From an uncultured Fibrobacterota bacterium (lineage in GTDB: Bacteria > Fibrobacterota > Chitinivibrionia > Chitinivibrionales > FEN-1185), in contig CAVSQB010000011.1 in NCBI GenBank assembly GCA_963729895.1, positions 32,001 to 96,000 of the forward strand: DNA of 64,000 bases, written 5' to 3'. This document shows, piece after piece, positions 1-10,367 of this stretch. The first letter of the stretch is position 1; each line of letters begins with the position of its first letter. The notes below the pieces were generated by a model. The model saw only the letters and a program-made list of their open reading frames with translations. It did not search any database and was not told the DNA's origin. A program made the translations under genes and the position numbers.

Positions 1-1
1 C

Positions 2-598
2 CGTAACGACGGGAGCGCGCACTACCCTGCGCACAAAGTCCAGGCGGGGCGGCGCGCCGTACACGCGGACGCGGTTCTCGGCCACGACGGGACCTGCCCG
101 CACTTCCACGTGCGTTCGTAAGTCCGGCGCTGTAAAGAACGGCGCGGGGCATGTTGTCCACTCTACGTGCATCAACCTGTGGTAATGGCGTCCTGCCAGC
201 GGAGGCGGTGCCAGGGGCGCCCAGGCTATATCCCGGTCGGTAACGTTCCATTCAACCCGTGCGGGAGACCACTCGTAACCGGGAACCCAGAGCCAACCGA
301 GTTCCTCGTCGTTATACCAGTTGCCGTAGTGGCACACGATCCAGCCGAAAGGCTCGTCGGAATCCCACATCCAGCCGTCGCGGGTGTAAACCCAATGACC
401 GTAGGTGAACGGCCGCCAACCGGCCTCGGCGTAGGGACGCCACACGGTGCCGTATCCATGCACATGGATCCATTCACCGTATTGGTCAAGATCGCTGAAG
501 TTTGTCCGGACCGATACCTCGACCTGGGCGCACACCGGTTTGGAACCCGCGGCAACAAGCATCAAAATGCCGAGAAAGGCGATGGCTCGCAGTTTCAT
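2..598 (-). CDS. DUF6600-like Trp/Tyr-rich secreted protein, partial (runs off window start; absent from ORF track)
   Basis: Manual translation MKLRAIAFLGILMLVAAGSKPVCAQ...LDQYGEWIHVHGYGTVWRPY...WRPFTYGHWVYT...WDSDEPFGWIVCHYGNW...WVPGYEWSPARVEW; AGGAG RBS upstream. Confidence 0.8.
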   Translation of the reverse strand, partial: MKLRAIAFLGILMLVAAGSKPVCAQVEVSVRTNFSDLDQYGEWIHVHGYGTVWRPYAEAGWRPFTYGHWVYTRDGWMWDSDEPFGWIVCHYGNWYNDEELGWLWVPGYEWSPARVEWNVTDRDIAWAPLAPPPLAGRHYHRLMHVEWTTCPAPFFTAPDLRTHVEVRAGPVVAENRVRVYGAPPRLDFVRRVVRAPVVT

Positions 599-723
599 GG
601 TTTTCTCCTTTGGTTATGAAGAATCCTATGAGCGAAAATAATTTGGGGACAGGGGATTGTGCTGCGGAAAACAATATCAAGATAATCAAATCAATCCTTT
701 AACCGGTACCAGCGACACTTCGT

Positions 724-868
724 GGGTGCCCCACAGCAAGGGTTAGATTCTCGCAACCCCTCCAACTTTGGGGTCACCCGGCGCTGCTATCCAGATGTAT
801 TTGACTTGTATCTAGAAATTGGATTCTCGCAAATAAACTCGTTCGGGGCCACCCGGCTCAGCCATCCA
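724..868 (+). repeat. Two tandem copies of intergenic repeat family A (724-793, 820-868)
   Basis: GGGTGCCCC...GGGGTCACCCGGCGCTGCTATCCA and TGGATTCTCGCA...GGGGCCACCCGGCTCAGCCATCCA; motif recurs 8 times in the window. Confidence 0.75.
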
Positions 869-999
869 AACGCATTTGAATTGCATTTGGATATTACTGA
901 ACCTTCAATTCGCAATTCGTCCCGAACTATTTCTTGGTCCCTGGCGATCCGCCCTTTGTATATTTTCAAAAAGGTTTTTTCAACGTTCGAAGAAATCCC

Positions 1000-2178
1000 A
1001 TGACTCGTTTCGGCCTCGATACCGTTGCAGCCGCTTTCCCGAGGGAACTCACGGGAAAACGGATCGGCCTGCTGTGTCACGCGGCGTCGATCACGTCGGC
1101 CTATGTTCACTGCATCGACGTATTCCGCAACTCCCCGTGCACGCTCGCCTCCCTGTTCGGTCCTCAGCATGGCATGTTCGGCCAGACCCAGGACAACATG
1201 GTAGAGTGGCAGGGGTTCGTGCATCCGGTCCTTGGAATCCCGGTGTACAGTCTTTACGGGGAGAAAAGAAAACCGACGCTCGAAAGCCTTGCCGGGCTCG
1301 ATGCGCTTGTGGTGGACCTGCAGGACGTGGGAGCGCGTCCCTACACCTATGTCTGGACTGTCAAGCTGTGCATGGAGGCCTGCGGCGAGGCGCGTCTTCC
1401 CGTGTGGCTGCTCGACAGGCCGAACCCGATTGCGGCCGTCGGGTTCGACGGACCGGTGCTCTCCGACGGGTTCCACTCGTTTGTCGGCGGTGCGCCGATT
1501 CCGCTTTGTCATAGAATGACGATGGGGGAAATAACCACGCTTGTCAAACGCCTGTATTATCCCGGCGCCGACCTTCACGTGGTGTGGATGGACGGGTGGT
1601 GGCGCAATTCCCTGTGGCGCGAAACGGGCCTGCCCTGGGTTCTTCCGTCTCCCAACATGCCGGCGTTCGAAACCGCTGTAATGTATCCGGGGCAGGTGCT
1701 GTTCGAGGCCACCAATGCGTCCGAGGGGAGAGGAACGACGCGCCCGTTTGAAATCGTGGGCGCGCCCTACCTGGACGCGGACGCGGTTATCGCGGAAGTA
1801 AACACGCTCGGCGTGCGCGGGTGTGTTCTGCGGCGGCACGATTTTATCCCGACGTTCCAGAAATGGCAGGGGGAGTATTGCCGCGGCCTGCAGGTGCATG
1901 TGAGTGACCCGCGCGCGTACGAACCCGTGTTCACCACCGCGGCGCTCCTGGCGGCGATCCTCAAAACATCGGGTGGGAAATTCGCCTTTAAGCAGCCGCC
2001 GTACGAATACGAAGCGGTCCGCATGCCGTTCGATATTCTGTCGGGAGACGAACGCCTGCGTACAACGCTCGCGAGTGGCGGCAACCTGATTGCGGAAAAG
2101 GAATCCTGGCAGGCATCGTACGCGCCGTTCGAGGCCCGTTTTAGCGATGTCGCGCACTATCCCGAGGAACGCGAGTGA
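1000..2178 (+). CDS. namZ: Exo-beta-N-acetylmuramidase NamZ family (DUF1343/YbbC)
   Basis: Motifs LFGPQHG, DLQDVGARPYTY, DRPNP, PSPNMP, SEGRGTTRPFE; ATG at 1000 preferred over the ORF-track start. Confidence 0.9.
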   Translation: MTRFGLDTVAAAFPRELTGKRIGLLCHAASITSAYVHCIDVFRNSPCTLASLFGPQHGMFGQTQDNMVEWQGFVHPVLGIPVYSLYGEKRKPTLESLAGLDALVVDLQDVGARPYTYVWTVKLCMEACGEARLPVWLLDRPNPIAAVGFDGPVLSDGFHSFVGGAPIPLCHRMTMGEITTLVKRLYYPGADLHVVWMDGWWRNSLWRETGLPWVLPSPNMPAFETAVMYPGQVLFEATNASEGRGTTRPFEIVGAPYLDADAVIAEVNTLGVRGCVLRRHDFIPTFQKWQGEYCRGLQVHVSDPRAYEPVFTTAALLAAILKTSGGKFAFKQPPYEYEAVRMPFDILSGDERLRTTLASGGNLIAEKESWQASYAPFEARFSDVAHYPEERE

Positions 2179-3125
2179 TCGGATTCATTCTTGCCGCCGG
2201 CTTCGGCACGCGCCTGAGGCCCATTACTGACCATATTCCAAAGGCGCTTGTGCCGGTGTGCGGGGAACCTCTGCTCGGCCGCGCGATCGATTTCTTGCGA
2301 GCCCAGGGGATGGAACGAATTGCGGTGAACGCCCATCACCACCCGGACCAGATGGAGGCGTTTCTCCATTCCGGGAAACAAGGATGCGCGTTCTTCCATG
2401 AAACCGGCCGCATCAGGGGTACGGGCGGCGCGCTCTATTTTGCAAAGGAGTTTCTCGCCTTGGACGACGCTTTCTGCGTTGCGAATGTGGACATTGTCGC
2501 GGCGGTCGACCTGCGAAAGCTCCGTGCCGCGTTTAGTGATCTAAACTGCAGCGCGGGGTTGGTTGCCATACCTTGTGACAACGGAACGGTGTTGTACAAT
2601 GCGCAATCCAAAGACTACATCGGGGCCCGGTCCGAAGCATCGTCCGGCGTGTACGAACCCGGGGGAAGGGGCGCCGGCGCCGAGTTCCTCGGTATTGCGT
2701 TTTATAAAAGGGAAATGCTTGCCGTGCTTGACGAAGCGGATTTCTCGGTCTTGCCGGTCTGGAAACGGATGCAGGGAACCGGCATGAGCGTGAAGATCGT
2801 CGAAACCCCTCCGGTGTACTGGAAGGACCTCGGCACGCCCTCCGGGCTTGCCGCGATCCATTTTGATGCGCTCGACGGAACGTGCGAAATGCGCGTCCCT
2901 CCCAATCTTGTTGTCGACAAAGAAGGAAAAAGGGCCTACCCGCGTTCGCTTGATCCCGCGATTGCCGCCCGGCTGGGCCCGTATTCGTGGGTGGACACGG
3001 ACGTCATCCCGGCCACTGCAACGCTGTCGCGCACCGTGGTTTTCAAAGACGCGGCCATTTCGGAAGGCACGGTCCTGAAGAACGCCATCGTAACATCCTA
3101 CGGAGTGATCCCGCTTGTCTCCTGA
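2175..3125 (+). CDS. Sugar-phosphate nucleotidyltransferase, MurU-like
   Basis: ILAAGFGTRLRPITDHIPKALV, GTGG, WKDLGTP; start overlaps namZ stop (GTGA). Confidence 0.85.
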   Translation: MIGFILAAGFGTRLRPITDHIPKALVPVCGEPLLGRAIDFLRAQGMERIAVNAHHHPDQMEAFLHSGKQGCAFFHETGRIRGTGGALYFAKEFLALDDAFCVANVDIVAAVDLRKLRAAFSDLNCSAGLVAIPCDNGTVLYNAQSKDYIGARSEASSGVYEPGGRGAGAEFLGIAFYKREMLAVLDEADFSVLPVWKRMQGTGMSVKIVETPPVYWKDLGTPSGLAAIHFDALDGTCEMRVPPNLVVDKEGKRAYPRSLDPAIAARLGPYSWVDTDVIPATATLSRTVVFKDAAISEGTVLKNAIVTSYGVIPLVS

Positions 3126-4155
3126 AACCGTCCAATTGACTCCTGCGCAGACGGGCTTTCTCAAGGAGACGGTCCCGGCATTCGACTCTTCCTGTTCCGT
3201 AACCTGCGCAGGCCGCGCGGGATCGGACCGAAGGTTTTTCCGGGTGCACGTGCCCGCAACCAAAGAATCGTTTGTGCTTGTCGCTTGGAACAGCGAGGAC
3301 CACGACTGGAACAGGTTCATTTCGATCCAGCGCGATCTTGCCGTCCGCGTTCCGTTCCTGCCGCGCATTTTCGCTTACGACGACGGACACGGCCTCATCC
3401 TCGAAGAAGACTTGGGCGCCGTCACGCTCAAGAAGTTCTGCGGCCGGGCCAAGGCCGCGGAGGTGGCCGCGCAGTACCGTATGGTCATTGACGCCCTTGC
3501 CGTGTGGCAGCAGGTTGACCCCTCTGCATGCGCCGCTATTTCGTCGCGCGACATGGACCTCGATATGTTTCTGTGGGAAAGCGATTACTTTGTGACGCAT
3601 TGTGTCAAGGAGTACTTCGGCCTCGACAAGCTGCTGCCGGCCGCATGGGAACGGGAGCGGGTGCGGATCGCGGCCCAGGCGGCGGGATTTCCCAGGGTGT
3701 GCATCCATCGTGATTTTCAATCGGAAAACATCCTTCTCCACGGCGGTTCGGTCCGGTTCGTGGATTTCCAGGGTGCGCGCCGCGGTCCGGCCGGCTACGA
3801 TGTGGGGTCGCTTCTGTACGATCCCTACGCGCCGAACCTTACGCCCTCGCTCAGCAGACGCCTGTTTGAATATTATCTGTCAAGAGTGCCGTTCGAGGTG
3901 ACGCCCCAGTCCTTCCGCCTGTGCTCCATTCAGCGGCTGATGCAGGCGCTCGGCGCGTACGCAAACCTCTCCATTCACAAAGGGAAAGACTGGTACCGTG
4001 CCTACATACCGGTTGCCTTGAAGCGGCTTAAGAGAGTGATCGGGCAGGGCGGCGATGTGCCGGCGCTTGCGGGGATTGTGGCGGGGTGCATACGGCAGGA
4101 CGGAATAAAGAAGTCCTCACGGAGATGCCGGGAAATTCGGAGAAAAGAGGATTGA
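3115..4155 (+). CDS. APH-family phosphotransferase, AmgK-like anomeric MurNAc/GlcNAc kinase
   Basis: GSDRRFFR, LEEDLG, HRDFQSENI, DFQGARRGPAGYDVGSLL, QRLMQALGAY. Confidence 0.85.
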   Translation: MSPETVQLTPAQTGFLKETVPAFDSSCSVTCAGRAGSDRRFFRVHVPATKESFVLVAWNSEDHDWNRFISIQRDLAVRVPFLPRIFAYDDGHGLILEEDLGAVTLKKFCGRAKAAEVAAQYRMVIDALAVWQQVDPSACAAISSRDMDLDMFLWESDYFVTHCVKEYFGLDKLLPAAWERERVRIAAQAAGFPRVCIHRDFQSENILLHGGSVRFVDFQGARRGPAGYDVGSLLYDPYAPNLTPSLSRRLFEYYLSRVPFEVTPQSFRLCSIQRLMQALGAYANLSIHKGKDWYRAYIPVALKRLKRVIGQGGDVPALAGIVAGCIRQDGIKKSSRRCREIRRKED

Positions 4156-4240
4156 CGTCATTGAAGAAAATGGAGTTGCTATTGTGGATAGGCCGAAGGA
4201 AATTCAGGTCGATTTATGACCACAAATCAAGAAATGCATA

Positions 4241-4307
4241 TGGATAGCTGTGCCGGGTGCGCCCAAGAAGGTCCCTTGATATTATCGAGTCTTCTGATGG
4301 GGCACCC
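4241..4307 (-). repeat. Repeat family A copy (reverse orientation)
   Basis: Reverse complement reads GGGTGCCCC...GGGCGCACCCGGCACAGCTATCCA. Confidence 0.75.
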
Positions 4308-4511
4308 TTCGAGTTCGGCTGTGCGGGTGAGATCGAGATAGCGTTGCGGGGTGGCTTTTGACAGTAACCAAACAGGTACGCCAAAAACTCTCGATAGGTG
4401 CAGGTTTTATCCTGAAGTGGACTGGTGCATTCGACTGTGCTTTTGAGCCATCTTGAATCTTATTAGCCATGCAAGAAATGATAAGGGCCAAAACAAACAA
4501 AGTACAAAAAC

Positions 4512-5818
4512 CAGCCCTGTCCGGCTAAACCTCTTGACCAATGGCTAATAGAATGATAATTGCACTGGAGCGGAGCGCAAAGAACGTAACCGCTCGTAAT
4601 TGACCCGTAGTAATTCAATCAAGCTTTCAAAACCAAGCAGCCTTTCTCGGATAACCCGCAGTAATTCCAGCATGGTGAAGGCATACCGTGCTTGGAATTT
4701 TATAAACGACAACAGGAGATACAAGATCATGGCTATCCACACCTGTGTCATTACCGCGTTTTCGCTGGTCCCGTAGAACGTCTTTATCTTCAAGTGCTGC
4801 TTGATCCACTTGAAAAATGTTTCTATCTCCCATCTTCCCTTGTACAGTGCAGCAATTGTCGTTGCCGACAACGTGAAATTGTTCGTCAGAAAGACCAGGT
4901 TCTTGTTTAACTCCTTGTTGTAATACTGTATCAGTCGCAGCTTCTCCGGATATGCCTTGCTTTCGTAAAAATTCGACATTTCGACTTCCTGATCACGGAT
5001 AATTCCGCGTCTTACGTTCGGTTCTTTGTGCTGTCCGACAAGATGATATGCCATGTTGGATTTTGCCAGGATCACGAATGTAACACCAGTCGTATGCAGT
5101 GAATGAAGCCAGCCAAAATCTGTGTAGCCTCGATCAATGGTGAGGATGCTGTCCGGCGGAAGCGCAGGAAAATCATATTCGGCATCTTTCACCACCCGAA
5201 TGTCATGGACTTTCCCGTCCGTCATCCGGATAAACGACGGTAGGTAACCGTCATGGTCCAGAAGCATATGAAGTTTCAATCCACCTTTGCGCCTGCGATA
5301 CCGTGCCCATGGAAACGATGACAGACATACGCTGATCAAGGTTGAATCATGCGTAAATACCGGAACCTTTACCCGAAAGTCATGACGAGGTGCCAATCGC
5401 TGGCATTTATCCAGAAACTGATAGAAAAGATCTTCAAACATCTTGTATGGCCGGAGAGCGAGTGCATCTGCCAGTGTACTGCGGGCTACACTCGCAAGAC
5501 CAATATGTTCCCACTTATCCGCATTGCTCTTCAGACACGCTTCTACATCCCGAAAGCTGACCAAATCCTTTACCAGCGAAAAGAGCAAAATCTGCATCTC
5601 CTGCCAGCAGGTCATGCTCTTTACGTACCTGTCTCCTTCGTACCGATTAACAATGCGCCAGAATCCCTTCCGATTCAACAGTTGCGTTATCTGATTGAAT
5701 ATTGTATTTCTTCTGTTCAAGGGCTGCCTCCTCTTTTTAATCGTCAAAAACTAAACCTTCAACGATAAAAATAGGTTGGTAGCCCTTCTCTTGTTGTCAA
5801 TTTAACCGGACACTACTG
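4512..5818 (-). mobile_element. Complete IS4-family insertion sequence (1307 bp) with 9-bp target-site duplication
   Basis: Terminal IRs CAGCCCTGTCCGGCTAAA / CAGTAGTGTCCGGTTAAA; flanking direct repeat TACAAAAAC at 4503-4511 and 5819-5827. Confidence 0.93.
4545..5747 (-). CDS. IS4-family DDE transposase
   Basis: HDSTLI, DRGY, YKGRWEIETFFKWIKQHLKIKTF (Y-R-E-K signature), SENAVMTQVW. Confidence 0.95.
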   Translation of the reverse strand: MTIKKRRQPLNRRNTIFNQITQLLNRKGFWRIVNRYEGDRYVKSMTCWQEMQILLFSLVKDLVSFRDVEACLKSNADKWEHIGLASVARSTLADALALRPYKMFEDLFYQFLDKCQRLAPRHDFRVKVPVFTHDSTLISVCLSSFPWARYRRRKGGLKLHMLLDHDGYLPSFIRMTDGKVHDIRVVKDAEYDFPALPPDSILTIDRGYTDFGWLHSLHTTGVTFVILAKSNMAYHLVGQHKEPNVRRGIIRDQEVEMSNFYESKAYPEKLRLIQYYNKELNKNLVFLTNNFTLSATTIAALYKGRWEIETFFKWIKQHLKIKTFYGTSENAVMTQVWIAMILYLLLSFIKFQARYAFTMLELLRVIRERLLGFESLIELLRVNYERLRSLRSAPVQLSFY

Positions 5819-6051
5819 TACAAAAACCATAACTAAAATCCGCCTCAAAATGGAACCTTGTCCCGATTTGAATACATATCCTGCTGTCCAACCTGCCGTT
5901 ATCAAAATAATACTTATTGCCAAAAGTCCTTCTAAGAGAATGCTCAGAAACACCTACAATCGGAGTGTCACCCTATTTCGGCAAAATCAGGTGGTCAAGA
6001 TCTGGTTGTTAGGACAAGGAGTGTTATCATGGTTAAGAAGAAGAATATTCC

Positions 6052-6647
6052 GGTCACGTGCTGATGGAAAACCGAAATGGGTTGTGTGTTGATATCGCCA
6101 TTGCGCCAGCGACGGGGACAGCGGAACGGGATATGGCGCTTGAGCTGATAAAGCATGAACGCAGGCGCGGAAAACGCCGGATGAAGACGGTGGGTGCAGA
6201 CAAAGGGTATCATGCAACCGAATTTATCAAGAGCCTGCGACGCCTGCACGTGAAGCCTCACATTGCCGAGAAGGCCAACACTTCGCTTAAAGGGTTGGAT
6301 GGAAGAACGACTCGGCATAAGGGATACAGCGTAAGTCAAAGGAAACGAAAACGGGTTGAAGAGATATTTGGGTGGATCAAGAGCGTCGGTGGCCTGCGGA
6401 AAACTCGGGTAAGAGGAATACGAATCAACCAGACTGTTGCCTACGTGGTTGCCGCAGCGTACAACTTGATACGCATGGTTAAGTTGATGCCGCAAACGGT
6501 GGGGGCAGCATGAGAATGGCCTGGGAATCCGGGGAAATGCCTCGGAACGAGGCAGGTAAAACCTCTCTGACATATGTAAAGTTGAAGTTAGGTTCATAAA
6601 AAATCAACAAGAGCGCTTCTGTTAGGACTATTTCAACAACCTGCTAG
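6052..6647 (+). pseudogene. 5'-truncated IS5-family transposase remnant (ORF 6058-6513) with right end
   Basis: HVLMENRNGL, GADKGY, RKRVEEIFGWIK, AAYNLIRM; only the C-terminal ~150 aa present; end-like sequence TTTCAACAACCTGCTAG at 6631-6647. Confidence 0.85.
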
Positions 6648-6962
6648 TACTATTTAATGTGCCGTCCCCATCGATTGGGTACGCGGTTGCAACCCGTTTG
6701 ATTTTGTTGCCACCCTTGGCCTTGTTACTTTGTCAGAGATTCGCGCTGCCGGACATAGGTGACAGGCTGACGCAGCAGTAAAGCCAACTATACTAATGGT
6801 ATATTTGCGGAAAGTCAGAAGCTATAACTATTGGCGGGCATGTAGAGTGATTGCCTGTTGTGCGGAAAGATGCGGTTTTGGCCTGAAGTTTGAAGCGAAC
6901 GCGTTCCGAAAAGAATTTCGTGAGTGTCTGATTTGTCATTCGTTTCCGTATTGTACAAACCC

Positions 6963-8618
6963 CTATTTTTCCAAAATGACCGTCACCACGTGCTGGTCCT
7001 GCCGCTGGTTCTCAAATGCCAGCATGATCCAGTCGTCCGAGCGCGCGACCTTCGACAGGTGAATTTCGTCGAGAGCGCCTATCATCGAGCGGGTTCCGTC
7101 AGAGCCGATGGTGAACAAGGCCGTGGGGCTGTCGGCGGCCTGCGGCGAATACGAACCTGTGGAACCGCACAATCCGCCGTCCACAAAGAAGGTGGCCGTG
7201 CCGGTTGACGGCTGCCAGCGGAATGCGTAGTAGTGCCACTGGTTAAGAGGCATGTCGCGCTGGGCCGTTATGGCACCCTGGCCAATAGCCCTGAAGGTCG
7301 GCCGGAGGCCGGGCGCGCCCGTTGCGGCGCTGTCGCCGAACCACAATTCCTTGTCGCCCGAATCGGCCATGGTGTCATCTTTGCGTTTTGAGAACACCAC
7401 GCCTCCGGGCGCCGAGAGATTCACCCACGCACAGGCGGTGAAACCTGCGGCGGCCATGTCCGTAACCGGCGCGTCGGTCGGAATGCTGTCTCTCTGGGCA
7501 AACACCTGTCCCTTACCAACGAAACCGTCCTTGCCGGTCGAGGAGACGTAGTCGTTGCCGTTGGCTGCGTTGGGCGTTGCGTCTTTGTAGAGGCCAGGAG
7601 TTCCAACGCCGGCCTGGTCCTCTTCAAGGTGCCACACGCCTGCAAATCCCCGGCCGGTGTCGAAAACCGCGGGCGGGTTCGAGAGCGCGGTCGCGCTTGT
7701 ATTTCCCCAGAACATTCGCACGAACTGCAGTGCGCTCTCCGGATACACGGTGTCGAGACTAAGCCAGATAACGGCCGCCGTGTCCCATTCCGCAATCTCG
7801 TAGGGCAGCGCCTTGCCGTTCGCTTTTGCAAACCGCAGGTCGGCCCCGCCCGGCTGGGCTTGGGAGAAGGTGAAGTTGGAGGCCGAGAGCCGGACAACCA
7901 GGCTGAAATCGACAACGGCGGTTTGCACGGGAACGCCTGAGTTGGATGTGTTGATCTGTATCTTCGCCGAATGCGCCCAACCCGGGAAAGGATTGAGGAC
8001 CGTGGTGTCCGAAGGCCCGACCGTTACATTTGCAAAGAGCTGCACCGCGGGACCGGAGGCATTTGCTTCGAACTGCAACCCGGGATAAACGCCCTGGGCA
8101 ACGGAATCGAACATCACCGACTTGTCGCCGGTATTTTTCTTCGCGTACATCGTTGTGCCTGTCGCGATCACATAGCCGGACAATTGCACAAGGCTGTCCG
8201 GCAGGTTTACCAGGAGGCGGACGGATTTACGCAGCGAATCTTCGGAAAGGACAAGGGTTCCACGATCGGACTGCACAACAATTCCGCTCGCAAGCAGCCT
8301 CAAGCCGGAGGCAAAGCCAAGGGCCTGGAGGTCGTAGGTGCCGTGATGTATGCCTTTGAACCGGTACGTTCCCGTGGAGTCGGTGGTATCGGTTGCGTTT
8401 CCGGGAACCTGGCCGCCGAACGCAGGATTGAAGTCTGCCGGCACAAGGGTGACGCCGGCGCCCGGAATGCCGGCGCCGTCCGGGGCGACAATGCGGCCGG
8501 ACACTTCGGTATCGGACCCGCCGCCCGCATACATAGGAGGAGAACACGCAAGCGATCCGGCGCACACAAGGGAGGCAACTGTCCACTTGAGCTGGCTGGT
8601 GAGCAGTTTTGGTGGCAT
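6963..8618 (-). CDS. DUF2341 + LamG-like domain lipoprotein with N-terminal carboxypeptidase-regulatory-like domain
   Basis: Lipobox SLAC; GADLRFAKANGKALPYEIAEWD, FWGN, VWHLEE, LDEIHLSKVARSDDWI. Confidence 0.85.
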   Translation of the reverse strand: MPPKLLTSQLKWTVASLVCAGSLACSPPMYAGGGSDTEVSGRIVAPDGAGIPGAGVTLVPADFNPAFGGQVPGNATDTTDSTGTYRFKGIHHGTYDLQALGFASGLRLLASGIVVQSDRGTLVLSEDSLRKSVRLLVNLPDSLVQLSGYVIATGTTMYAKKNTGDKSVMFDSVAQGVYPGLQFEANASGPAVQLFANVTVGPSDTTVLNPFPGWAHSAKIQINTSNSGVPVQTAVVDFSLVVRLSASNFTFSQAQPGGADLRFAKANGKALPYEIAEWDTAAVIWLSLDTVYPESALQFVRMFWGNTSATALSNPPAVFDTGRGFAGVWHLEEDQAGVGTPGLYKDATPNAANGNDYVSSTGKDGFVGKGQVFAQRDSIPTDAPVTDMAAAGFTACAWVNLSAPGGVVFSKRKDDTMADSGDKELWFGDSAATGAPGLRPTFRAIGQGAITAQRDMPLNQWHYYAFRWQPSTGTATFFVDGGLCGSTGSYSPQAADSPTALFTIGSDGTRSMIGALDEIHLSKVARSDDWIMLAFENQRQDQHVVTVILEK

Positions 8619-9066
8619 TTTTACATCCGGTCACTTATGCCGTCGTTCCGGTGGAACTGGACGAACCCCGAGTCCGGCCGCGGGCGGAAGACTGCCGCAC
8701 CCCGAACCTTTCAACAACCGATTTTGCCCGGATTTCGACGGCTACCCCTTAATATAAAAGAAAACCAATGAAATTTCACGTATGAATAACATTGCCGCCG
8801 GTTGGGACGGGGTTCTTCGATAGCCAAAGAGTTGGTCGAGTGATGAATCCCAAAGTTTGGGCATTCCCCGAAACTTGCTTCGGGGTTGGCAAACGACTGC
8901 AAGATTCTTCTTTCTTAGGGATGGAAGATGCCTCGCAGCGTGCTGCGAAGTTCTTCACTTCCCAAGCAAATGGGCTTCGGACAAATCGTGTCGAGCGCCT
9001 CGGCAATCTCCAAAGCCCAATGACAAGTGGTGCAAAGGATCTTTGGCCAACCTGTAACGAGATATC

Positions 9067-9220
9067 GCGGGTGCCCAATAGAATCTTCGCTCCACATTTT
9101 CTCCCTCGCCCTACGGCGACCCTTGGAAGCACCCGAAAGGGTGGAGAGGGCGGGGTAAGGGTTTCCACTGGATTCTCGCAGCCAAACTGCCTTGGGGGGG
9201 TCACCGGGCTCAGCTATCCA
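9067..9220 (+). repeat. Composite REP-like mosaic: CCCTC...GAGAGGGCGGGGT element plus family A copy (9169-9220)
   Basis: Same arrangement of elements at 26110-26301. Confidence 0.65.
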
Positions 9221-9373
9221 AATACATTTCTTCGAGCTTCGTATTCATCAACCACAGATTGATTTGATTCATCCACAATCACATCGGCTTCCCTGGCCAA
9301 GATAATATATTTTGATGCGAAACGATCCTTTCGCAAACCGAATCCATTAGAGGCGGTCTCGGAACACATAGCT

Positions 9374-10357
9374 ATGAAGAACCGACAAGACAACATTGCC
9401 GCGCTCGCTCTTAGCCTCATACTTATGTTTCATTGTCAAGCATTCTCGCAGCGTGTTGAAAAGTACTCAGTGTTTTTCGGCAGGTGCGCGGTCTACAACG
9501 ATACCAATTCGTATATGGCCCTGCGCTCCTTTTCCCGCGCGGGAAGACCTTATTACCTCGTGGTAAATACCCGGGACCTCTTCACGCGGATTGTTGCGCA
9601 GGACAGCGGTCGTTGTGAGAGGGCTTCGCTTCGGGAGATGCGCCTGGAATTCAAAACCGCACCCTACGTGCTTGCTCTTGACAGTGCGGAAAACAGGTCG
9701 GCCCTTGTCCAGGATGCCGGGCTCACGCACGGCTCCGTGCGCCAGAAAGGCATCGATCTCACCGCGGACCTGTGCCCGTCCAAACTCCCGCTGGACAGAA
9801 AATTCTTTGCCGAGCTTATCGACCAGTTCCTGCCCGAGGAAAAGCCGATACCGATAGCGCTTTCGGTGACGGGCAACTGGATGAACGGCCATCAGGAAGA
9901 TTTGCGCTGGCTGATAGGCCTTGCTAAGAAAGGCGATCTCGCCATCACGTGGATCAACCATTCATACAATCACCGGTGGTACGACAGTATTCCGGTTCAG
10001 GAAAACTTCCTTCTCAAAAAAGGGACAAACCTCGATCTCGAAGTGCTCAAGACCGAACAGAAAATGATGGAGTACGGTATCACGCCGTCGGTGTTTTTCC
10101 GGTTTCCGGGTCTTGTATCCGACAGCCTCGTGTTTGCAAAGATCACCGCCTACGGGCTGATCCCGGTCGGCACCGATGCATGGCTTGCCAAAAATCAATT
10201 GCCGAAAGACGGGTCGATCGTGCTCGTGCATGCAAACGGCAACGAGCCGTACGGCATACAGCGGTTTTTCAAGCTCATTCGGGAACACCGCGACAGCATT
10301 AGTGCGGGAAAATGGATGCTCTACGATCTGCGCGAGAGCATTGCTTCCGAAAAATAG
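9374..10357 (+). CDS. Secreted polysaccharide deacetylase-like (NodB-fold) protein
   Basis: Signal peptide; TADLCP, WINHSYNH, FFRFPGL, IVLVHANGNEP. Confidence 0.75.
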   Translation: MKNRQDNIAALALSLILMFHCQAFSQRVEKYSVFFGRCAVYNDTNSYMALRSFSRAGRPYYLVVNTRDLFTRIVAQDSGRCERASLREMRLEFKTAPYVLALDSAENRSALVQDAGLTHGSVRQKGIDLTADLCPSKLPLDRKFFAELIDQFLPEEKPIPIALSVTGNWMNGHQEDLRWLIGLAKKGDLAITWINHSYNHRWYDSIPVQENFLLKKGTNLDLEVLKTEQKMMEYGITPSVFFRFPGLVSDSLVFAKITAYGLIPVGTDAWLAKNQLPKDGSIVLVHANGNEPYGIQRFFKLIREHRDSISAGKWMLYDLRESIASEK

Positions 10358-10367
10358 CGGAAACCCA

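Noticed and set aside
4282..5900. A gene interrupted by the IS4 element
   Set aside because: Rejoining the flanks at the TSD gives only short ORFs with no recognisable product.
8620..9370. Small ORFs in the 8.6-9.4 kb spacer
   Set aside because: They overlap repeat mosaics and lack an RBS or recognisable motifs.
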